This document shows, one piece after another, positions 1-10,570 of a stretch of 64,000 bases of DNA. Each line of letters starts with the position of its first letter. Within the stretch, counting starts at the first letter, position 1. Position numbers and translations under genes: made by a program. Under the pieces are notes generated by a model, which worked only from the letters and a program-made list of their open reading frames with translations, did not search any database and was not told where the DNA came from. This DNA comes from Eledone cirrhosa (lineage: Eukaryota), in contig OZ024740.1 in NCBI GenBank assembly GCA_964016885.1, positions 198,524,001 to 198,588,000 of the forward strand, read 5' to 3'.

Positions 1-115
1 AAATATAGTTTCCATTTGTTAATATCGTATTTTTACTCCAAATATTTGCTGAGTGCTTTATATCAGTTATAAAAATATTTGCTTGTTGTATCCCAACAAT
101 TTAAATAGAACTATT
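1..115 (+). mobile_element. Distal fragment of PLE pseudo-LTR family A, ending in (TA)n
   Basis: aaatatagtttccattt..gagtgctttatatcagttat..cccaacaat matches 23270-23385 (+) and, inverted, 15960-16080, 6085-6190 and 31780-31895. Confidence 0.8.
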
Positions 116-431
<316 letters not shown>

Positions 432-1126
432 AAAACTCTACTTCGGAGATTTGATTCTGACTTAGTGTTCTTTCTATCTAATTGCTAACCTGTAGGTGTT
501 GTTTTCCATACAGTAACGGTTAAACCCACATGTAATAATTCTTTACACACATCTCACTGTGTAACACACTTCTCTCTGTGTAATATAGTTGTATTTGAGC
601 TCAGTTGAAAATTCTCTGCTCTTCTTTGAGCTAATATTATTATTACTGTGAACTGCGGAATACTCTAATTCCAATCCCTGTATAATTAACTAGCTCCAAA
701 TTGTTGAGCTAATACATTCGAATGGTTGGGCTGACCTCTCTAGCATTTCCCCAATTTATGAGATCCATTATTTGATGTAAATAACACGTGTTTTCGCCCT
801 GCTCTGGGCAGCGTGTATATTTGTATTCTCTCTTTCCATTAGGCTGGATGTGTGGCGAGCAATTCCACACTTGCGGACTGAGGAGCCTGTGGTTTTGTGC
901 GCTACACATTTCAGTGGCTAAACGAAATAGATTCCTATCAGCAAGCTTATAGTTATAAGGTTAGTAATTTGAAACTCTACTTGGGAGATTTTATTCTGAC
1001 TTAGGGTTGTTTCCATCTAATTGCTAACCTGTAGTTGTTGTTTTCCATACAGCAACGGTTAAACGCACATGTAATAATTCTTTACACACATCTCACTGTG
1101 TAACACACTTCTCTCTGTGTAATATA
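432..1126. repeat. ORF-less ~700-bp module with ~155-bp terminal direct repeats, between (TA)n tracts
   Basis: 432-586 (aaactctactt..ctctctgtgtaatata) recurs at 972-1126, a period of ~540 bp. Confidence 0.8.
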
Positions 1127-1128
1127 TT

Positions 1129-1174
<46 letters not shown>

Positions 1175-1292
1175 TATATATATGTGTGTGTGTGTATATA
1201 TACATGCATATATATATTTATTTATATGTATATATATGTGTATATATATATATATATGCATATATATGTATATATATATATATACATATATA

Positions 1293-1326
<34 letters not shown>

Positions 1327-1400
1327 TATATATATATAAATATATACATGTAAATATATATATATATATATATATGTAAATATATATATATATATATATG

Positions 1401-1494
<94 letters not shown>

Positions 1495-1499
<5 letters not shown>

Positions 1500-2540
1500 A
1501 TAATAAAGTATGTTTTCCTACGTGCAAAAATTAAAATGCATATAGGGTCACATGTATTATCCAACCTTATGCCAATGTGGTTCTATGGTAGGTTAATAAA
1601 TTAACGAGCCAGAACATATATAATCAAGGTTTAGCAAATAGAGAAAAAGTTTTAAAATAAATTTTAAAAAGTTTACTGTACTTGCTATAAGTAGCCTTGC
1701 CGCGCGGTTTCACGTGTTCATAATAAATGGATAATCCATACGGACTCCATTGAGAAGAAGACTTTCGTTAGATGGTCCTTCTCACTCGTAGAATATAAAA
1801 TTCTCGAGTTCAAATCATGGACTGGCGCCATACAGAACTGCACCCGGGTGAGAGTGTATGATAAGGAACAATCTTGTCTAGTGCCAATAGAAGGCAAGGG
1901 CGGAAAGGTCAATGTCCTGCCACCCGTATGGATTATCCTTTTTTTTTTTGAGAATTGAAACCGCGTGGTAGGGGTAATTATAGTAAGTACAGTAAACCTT
2001 ATAAATTTATTTTAAAACTTTTTCTCTATTTACTAAACCTTGATTATATATGTTATGGCTCGTTAATTTATTAACCTACCATAGAACCACATTGGCATAC
2101 GGTTGGATAATACATGTGTCCCTATATGCATTTTTTGCACGTAGGAAAACATACTTAATTATTATTAATCTCCTCTAAGATCGAGATAACATTTTGGTCG
2201 TTTTACTGCTGCTATTTCTAGTGGCAAGACATTGGACCTTTTCGCCCTTACCTTCTATCTTTACACACGGCAATAGACAAGATTGTTCCTTATCATACAC
2301 TCTCATACGGGAGCAGTTCTGTATGGCGCCAGTTCGTGATTTGAACTCGGGAATTTTATATTCTCCGAGTGAGAAGAACCCTCTGACGAAAGTCTTCTTC
2401 TCAATGGAGTTCCGTATGGATTATCCATTTCTTTGGAGACTTAAACCGCGCGGTAAGGGTACTTATAGTAAGTACAGTAAACTTTTAAAAATTTATTTTA
2501 AAACTTTTTCCTTATTTTCTAAACCTTGATTATATATATC
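1495..2540. mobile_element. Non-coding PLE-like pseudo-LTR module: one inverted copy plus two partial tandem copies, HHR-bearing
   Basis: 1925-2165 is the reverse complement of 1495-1743, and 2221-2540 is the reverse complement of ~1615-1923. Flanked by TA runs. Confidence 0.8.
2378..2460 (+). ncRNA. Type I hammerhead motif (this copy lacks G12)
   Basis: ACCCT-CTGACGA-AAGTCT..AGACTT-(G)AAA-CCGCGCGG-TA-AGGGT. The sister copy at 1957 retains GAAA CCGCGTGG TA GGGGT. Confidence 0.7.
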
Positions 2541-2543
2541 AAA

Positions 2544-2643
2544 TAGTATAAAGAAAACAAAAAATCAGTGATGCATCTGGACTTAATTTAATCCAATAAA
2601 TTAAGTCCCGATGCATCACTGATTTTTCGTTTTCTTTATACTA
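2544..2643. repeat. Near-perfect fold-back hairpin with ~47-bp arms
   Basis: tagtataaagaaaac..ggacttaattta / atccaa / taaattaagtcc..gttttctttatacta. Confidence 0.9.
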
Positions 2644-2749
2644 ACTACACTCTACTCTGCTGAATATCGAGTGCTAATTTTGGCATACCGCCAATGGAAG
2701 CACCATAGCTACCATTATACACTATCAACTATATCAACTATATATATAT

Positions 2750-3130
2750 CTTAGTGGATATGGCGCATGTCTCTGAAACCCCAGAAGCCAAAAGGCAGAG
2801 AACATCCACAGTGATCCGCCGATCTTTACGCATGTTTTCCTGAGAAGGAGACCTTACTTTTGAGATTGCCCTCTATATAATAACTGCGCGAAATTTGCAC
2901 TTGGCGGTAGCGTTCAACGGAAGTTCCATTCTCAACGGCTGCCAAGCCAAGATTAAGCATCCCAGGCAAGCGCGCGCATGCTTGTTTGGCAGTAAAGGAA
3001 GCACCAATCACAACAGTGTTGCCAACAGCCGTACGAACAGTTTCTCTGCGTCACCATCGATTTGGAGCCCTTACTTCTGGGATTACCCTCGTATATATAT
3101 ATACGAGGGTAATCCCAGAAGGTAATCCCA
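2750..3130 (-). mobile_element. Rearranged Tc1/mariner remnants (TIRs plus a transposase HTH fragment)
   Basis: TIR-like agaccttacttttgagattgccctc (~2849-2873), ccttacttctgggattaccctcgta and tacgagggtaatccc. The internal part is the reverse complement of the 19761-19939 MITE. Confidence 0.75.
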
Positions 3131-3196
3131 GCCGTACTAAGAGTGGGAAATGAAATATCGTTTCATTTTTTCCGTTTATATATATATATATATATA

Positions 3197-3302
<106 letters not shown>

Positions 3303-3316
3303 TATATATATATATA

Positions 3317-3363
<47 letters not shown>

Positions 3364-3376
3364 GTATACATATATA

Positions 3377-3409
<33 letters not shown>

Positions 3410-3513
3410 TAAAATAAATTCCAGCTTAGTCTGATATACTCGTTTTATTTACAATCCTTTAACATTATAATGATATTATAATGAAATAGTATGGTAGAAT
3501 ATTAAATGTTAAT

Positions 3514-3552
3514 TGAACAAGTACTTTCATGCTTTCGCAATCTTCAGGTTCA
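3514..3552 (-). ncRNA. Minimal type I hammerhead ribozyme
   Basis: Minus strand: TGAAC-CTGAAGA-tTGC gaaa GCAt-GAAA-GTAC-TT-GTTCA, with a 5-bp stem I and a palindromic AGTACT stem III. Confidence 0.8.
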
Positions 3553-3613
3553 TATTCAGAAGTGACAGTCAAGTTGGCAATTTCCAACTGTAATGAGATG
3601 GCTAAAATATGTG

Positions 3614-3714
3614 CTTTATATACAGTAAAACGGGGCTACAGAATGCTAAGTTTTGCAAACTGTATTCCGACCAATCGGTATGTAGTTTCACTAGGTTACT
3701 AAAGCTGATTGGTT
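3614..3714 (-). promoter_or_regulatory. Putative Pol II promoter (CCAAT boxes and TATA) upstream of the 3514-3552 HHR
   Basis: Minus-strand AACCAATCAGC (3704-3714), opposite-sense CCAATC (3671-3676) and TATATAAAG (3614-3622), ~60 nt before the ribozyme. Confidence 0.45.
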
Positions 3715-4953
3715 TAGGCGTCACGGTTGGTTGAGCATGTCTAACGAATTCTATTTGACTCTATCCAAAGCATCAATTGTTTTGCTATTTTTAGAAATGA
3801 TGAAAATAGCAGTTTCTAGGGTTTTTATAAAAATTCTTCAGTAATCATAAACATCAACATCACTTTTATTATTATTATTGATGTTGTTGTTGTTAGTGGT
3901 GGTAGTCGACATGGTCGTAGGCGTAGTCACAGTAGAAGTAATACCCCCTAAGCATTATTATTGTTCATTTAGCTCTTTTAATTCATCACTTTGAGCAATG
4001 ATCGGTAGGTTTGCTATTCTTTAATTTTCATTTAATTCTTGGGATTAAACTGTAGTTATATTTACTCTGAAACATTTTATTTCATTAATTTAATCAAAGG
4101 TTGTATTTACTTCTGTATTTACTTATTTTGATATATAGTTTCCTTTTAATGATAGTCTATATATTATTAATCTACATATTTCATATTTAATATATTTTAG
4201 CAAGCTAGTCAAAAGGAAAAGACATTTTTACGGCCAACGTAAACAAAAGGAAGATAATTAATTCACCATATACAAAAGTGTATAACTTATCTCTACTCTC
4301 ACGTCCAACGATATTTCGAAAGCCATACATCACCTATTGTATATATCATAATTGATGCCTAATTAAATATTGAACTGCCCTAATAAAATCATACGAGACT
4401 CTTAATGAAATTATTCTAATACATATAAATATCAAAAAATGATTACCACAATAAGGCAAAAGTTATATATATATTTAAATTATTAATTTTTTCGAAAGTG
4501 TTACCAATTTTATCGTGACAACTACTAAATAATTCATTTTTTTGTTGATTAAATTGTCATAATTCGTAATTATCTGTAGAATCTCAAGGTAACAAAGATT
4601 GCAAATTTGCGGATTATTGAGTTCTGATAGGAAGCAGCATTCTTTAATTTCGATCAAGAGATGGAATATTTAATATCATTGTCCTTTAAAGACCATACTA
4701 ATTGTAGATTTTATAAAGAGAATATCCTAATTAAATAAAATAATTTAGGTAATAAATGATCTAAATATATATGTATTGATATATTGATATGTATTGATAT
4801 GTGTGTTTACATACAGAATAGCTGGACACTCACAGTAAAGTGACCAGTGAAAAACTCGGTACATCTACATATGTATACGTGTGTGTATTCATATGCATAC
4901 TAGTATTTCAGTATACATATGTGGATGTACATTTTTAACTTAATTGTTTATTG

Positions 4954-4985
<32 letters not shown>

Positions 4986-5699
4986 TGATGGTGATATACG
5001 CATGGTATTATATTTTAATACATATTTAATAATTATTTAAATACGCTTTAAAGATGAATTCTTTTAAAGTTGTAACAAAATATTTATAGAATATCTTACC
5101 TTAAAATTAAAAATTATAATAATATATAATAAGTTAAATTAAATTATATAAATGTATAATTAAACTAAATATGTGATTGCTATAGAAAGTAATCTATACT
5201 GATTAATTTTGATATAATATATAATTTTAATTAGCTAAAGCATAATCAAATACAAGAGATATTCCATTGTTTATGTGAATAGATTTGATGTCTTATTTGA
5301 TCTAGCATTTGAAAACAACGGTTTTTTATCCCCCTCTATTCGATGTTCCCTTATTTTTCTTTATTTTTATTTACCCCCCCCCCCCCCTGTTCCCTTTTAT
5401 TTTCTCCACACCTTCCCTCTTTTTTGTCGTTATTTCTCTTTTCTTTTTTATATATGTTACTTTTATTCATTCATCCATTTATATTTTTATTCATTTATCT
5501 ATTTAGGTATGTATTTATTTATTTCTTGCCTTTTCTCTTTACGCCCGGTCTTATATCTCTAATTTGCTCTACGTCCTTTTCTTCTTTAAGTTTATCATAT
5601 AATTTGGGGTATAAAAACGTTTAGATTTGAAGAAATAAATCACTGCCAATACTGGAATTGAATAATCAAGACCGTAGCGGTATGTTATATATCAAATCA

Positions 5700-5767
5700 T
5701 ATATTTTGTCTGATGACTTACTGAAAAAAACAACACAGTACCTTTGAAATATATATAATAAAGTATA
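5700..5767 (+). ncRNA. Type I hammerhead motif with an imperfect stem II
   Basis: TATATTTTGT-CTGATGA-ctTACTG..CAGTAccttt-GAAA-TATATA-TA-ATAAAGTATA, with a 10-bp stem I. Confidence 0.65.
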
Positions 5768-5808
5768 TATTTTGATTATGAGAATATTTTTCATTTATTA
5801 ACAATTTG

Positions 5809-5871
<63 letters not shown>

Positions 5872-5919
5872 TATATATATATAGAACTCAATATATATAT
5901 TTAATATATATATATATAT

Positions 5920-5967
5920 ATTGTTACACTTGGGGACACACAATTACATATAAAAAACCTCGCAAAA

Positions 5968-6051
<84 letters not shown>

Positions 6052-6420
6052 AATATATATATGCATATATGTAGAAGGTATAGATAATTTGTTGGGATTC
6101 CAAAAAACTTAAAAGTGTATAACTGATATAGAGCACTCAACAGTTTACTGGTGTAAATATTCAATATATTAATAAATGGAAACTATATTTATAAAACCAT
6201 AATTATTATATTATATACATTTCAAGGGCGACGAAGCCAATCTTGGTGCGCTTTCATCAGATAAAATACAAAATTTGTTTCATAAATAACCAGCGAATTT
6301 GCAACCATCAAGGTTGTTTTCCATGGTTTTCCATGGTTATGTCACTATTTATAAAACAAATATATATAATAAAATAATTATGTTTTTATAAATATAGTTT
6401 CCATTTACTAATATATTGTA
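5920..6420 (-). mobile_element. Solo family-A pseudo-LTR with a short inverted duplicate
   Basis: 6085-6270 resembles 31780-31970. 6360-6420 is the inverted copy of ~6165-6220. Confidence 0.7.
6204..6268 (-). ncRNA. Type I hammerhead motif, family A
   Basis: Minus: TATTTTAT-CTGATGA-aagcgc..cgccctt-GAAA-TGTATA-TA-ATATAATA. Confidence 0.7.
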
Positions 6421-6426
6421 TATGTA

Positions 6427-6545
<119 letters not shown>

Positions 6546-6638
6546 TTATGCATATATATATGTATATATATATATATATGCATATATATATATATATATA
6601 TTAATGTATATATATATATATGTGTATATATCTATATA

Positions 6639-6708
<70 letters not shown>

Positions 6709-6892
6709 GATAAATCTACCAAAATATACGGTAGTGTCCAATCCGTATGAAGAACTCAATGTAATCCAAATATCAGGAAAAGAGAAGATGTATTAAAAAT
6801 TTTTTCAATGAAAAACACAGGAGAACAGAGTCAAGATAAATTAATAAAAATTATGAATAAAAACAAAGAAACAGTTCCTTATATTAAAAAAT

Positions 6893-7030
6893 TCATCATT
6901 TTACGATCATTTCTAGGATATATATCTGTGTGTTGGTATGTATATCATATAGATCTATGTAAATTTGTTATAGACTATCAGAGGGAATATACATACCTAC
7001 ACATATATATGCTGTCTTCAGAAATAATGA
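6893..7030 (-). ncRNA. Type I hammerhead with ~100-nt stem II
   Basis: Minus: TCATTATTT-CTGAAGA-[~101 nt, self-complementary ends]-GAAA-TGATCG-TA-AAATGATGA, with a 9-bp stem I. Confidence 0.7.
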
Positions 7031-9967
7031 TATTTGTTTATTGAAAAAAAAACAACAAAGATTTAATATAATAGGTCTGTTTGGGAACAGGTTTTGAATT
7101 GACCAATAGAAAGGTAGTAAGTGGTCAAGATGATAGGATTGTAGTAATAGAAATTTAATTTAGGGGTACAAACAATGCGGCACTTACCAATATCAACAAC
7201 AAAACACACAACATAGTAAATAAACTCAATATTGAAGATAGAACTGAACCTTTGGCACTGAAAAAACCACATTTTAACCTGAAAGATCACAAATCTAATT
7301 TTAACTCTAATCCTTCTATAAGACTTATATGCCCTTCCAAATCTGACATTGGCATCATTAGTAAAAAATGTTTAGATAGAGTCATCCCACAATTAAGAAA
7401 ATATGTTAATTTACCACTCTGGGAAAACATCCCAGGTAATTAACTGGTTTACTAATATTAGAAATAAATCATCTGCTTCATTTCTACAATTCGATATAGA
7501 TGCTTATTATTCCTCTATATCACCCATACTCCTGAACAAAGCCTTGATATTTGCCAAAAATAGATCAAACTTAACTATGGATGACATTAATATTATCACG
7601 CATTCTAGACAAACACTACTGGAATTTCAGAAGGAATACTGGACCAGAAATACATATAGTAATCTATTCGACATTACTTTGGGCTCTAGCGATTCTGCCC
7701 AAATTACCGATCTTGTGGGCCTCTTTCTTCTATTTAACATAAATGCTTCTTTTCCCCACCTTAAAGGTGGTTTATATCGTGACGACTGTCTTCTTCTTTC
7801 CACAAACCTTAGCCTATCAGAAATTGAAAAAAATAAAAAAAACTTATTAGAGCTTTCCTCAAAGATTATTATAGTCTCAATATTACATTTGAAAACACAA
7901 GTAAAGTAGTTCATTTCCTTGATATAACATTAGACTTATCTACGGGTATCTACCAACCTTGCCATAAACCTAACCAAAACTTACATTACATACACTCACA
8001 ATCTAATCACCCTAAATCTATCCTTAAAAACCTAGCATATAATATCTCACTCAGAATTTCTAACCTTTCATCTAACCAGGATGAATTCGACAAAAATGCG
8101 ACCTTTTATAACGAAGCTTCAGCTAGAAGCGGCCACAAAAACAAATTAGTATATATAACTTGTACCAATAATACTACAAACATACAACCCAATATTACCA
8201 ACAAACACCAAATGAAATATACACACCTAAATGCCACTCACACTATACCCCAAAATACCAACTTAAAACTTAATTTCTCTAAATCTTCTAATATACAATA
8301 TAATAACTTTCAAAAAACCATTCCTCCTAATATTCCAATATATGTTAATAACAAAATTCTTAATAATCAGTCTAAAACACCTAAATCAATGAATCTAACT
8401 AAAAATATGTGTAATAAAATCGCCAATAATAATTCTCTTAGTAAACATCAGGATGCATCGTATAAAAATAAGAACAACATCCAAACCGTAATAGACGAGT
8501 TACTTGGTATAATGCTCCATTTAATCTACAAATTAAATATAATATACCTAAACATTTTTTTAATATCCTAGAGAAAAACTTCCCGCCAAACCATAAACAC
8601 CATGAAATTTAAAATAGATCAACGGTCAAATTCTCCTACTCAACAACCTAAAATATACAACAAAATATAAGTGCGTATAATGCATATAAATGTAAAAATA
8701 CCATGAATATACCACCAATACATCAAACTAACCATAATACTAAAATAAACCATAGCAAACCACCATCTCATTCACATACAACAAGTCGAGAAAATTCCAC
8801 ACCTAATTTGACTATCTCCTCTGATACAACATTCACGAAAGGTTGTAACTGTAGAAACAAAGCAAATTGCCCATTAAAAGAAAATTGCCTTATTAATAAC
8901 ATAGTATATAAATGTAAAATTAACATTAACACATATATAGGAGCTACTTCTAACCAATTTAAAGTAAGATTTAATACCCACAAACACAATTTTAAAAATG
9001 CCGCATTAGCTAATACAACATCCTTAGCTGAAATAATTAATAATTATAGAAAAAAGAATATCGATTATAACCTGACCTGGAGTGGGCTCAAAAGGGCCAT
9101 CCCTTATCAAAATAATAGGTATGAATGTAGATTATGTTCCCAGGAACTTTTTGAAATAATCAAATCTAAGGATATCCTACAAGAATTAATCATATCATGT
9201 AATCATAAAATTAGAAGAACTTTTAAATATTATAAACCTAATTAATATACACTTTACAAATTATTATAATTAATTTTTTTAAAATTAGTTAACCTATAAT
9301 TAATATTCTACTACTAATGAACTGCATAATTTTATTTCCCTTTTACAGCTATCTTTTCCTAAAATTTATACCAATAAGTATACATATAAACTATTTTAAT
9401 TTCAGGTTATGAATCTATATTCCTTGTAATCTATATAAATGTGTTATTTCTCACTAATACATTTACCCCCTCCCCCCATTTTTCCCCTTCGTTTTTAGCA
9501 ACATTCTTCAATTACATCTAACTCTTATTTATCATATCTATATGAATTAATATACATTTATCAATATAAATATACCTATCAATTAAATTAATTTATTTTC
9601 TTTTTATAGATATAAATTCCTTATGTTTTAAATAAGGTTGATATTTTTCACTAACACACTTATCGTAAAATTTTATTCTCCTTAGATTTTAACATTAGCA
9701 TTATTATATAACATCAAATTTTCGTGTACCTTTCACCGGCTTCACCTATTTTCATCCCCAAAGTAATCTTTTCATTCAAAATACTCTTTCCATTCAAAAC
9801 TGAAGTCTGCTTTCCTCTACCCCTACATTAAATTTCTATTACTACTATTCTATCATCTCCACCACTTACTACCTTTCTATTGGTCAATTCAAAACCTGTT
9901 CCCAAACAGACCTATTATATTAAATCTTTGTTTTTTTTTTCAATAAACAAATATCATTATTTCGGAA

Positions 9968-10057
9968 CTTTGCCTTTCATCCTTACGAGGTCTATAAAAT
10001 AAAGTACCAGTAATGCACTGGATAATTGCTGGCCTTGTGCAAAAAGTAGAAACAATT
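9968..10057 (+). mobile_element. 5'-truncated SINE inserted into the HHR core of the PLE 3' pseudo-LTR
   Basis: ctttgcctttcatcc..aaagtaccagtaatgcactgg..ggccttgtgc..gtagaaacaatt is the same family as 43339-43500 and 44348-44535. It is absent from the inverted twin at ~7010. Confidence 0.85.
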
Positions 10058-10227
10058 TCTATATGTGTAGGTAGTATATTCCCTCTGATAGTTTGTAAAA
10101 ATTTTACATAGATCTATATGATATACATAACAACACACACATATATATCCTAGAAACGATCGTAAAATGATGAATTTTTTAATATAAGGAACTGTTTCTT
10201 TGTTTTTATTCATTATTTTTATTAAAC

Positions 10228-10347
<120 letters not shown>

Positions 10348-10524
10348 TATATATATATGTAAACATGCATATATATATATATTTTGATATATCTCATCTG
10401 AAATAATACAGCCAATTTTCCACACAACATTTAATTAGGAATATACTCACTTATTTCCTAATGTTTGTTGAGTGAGTTGGGATTTGGCCGGAGTATTGCT
10501 ATTAGCTTCCTCTGATAATGTATT

Positions 10525-10557
<33 letters not shown>

Positions 10558-10570
10558 GCATATATATATA

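Noticed and set aside
3800-3848. Minus-strand CTGAAGA..GAAA CTGC TA motif
   Set aside because: Stem I has two mismatches next to the core, and stems II and III are poor.
7250-9245. Naiad-type PLE or selenoprotein recoding
   Set aside because: The endonuclease is C-terminal, not N-terminal. Interruptions are frameshifts and mixed stops, not UGA at Cys positions.
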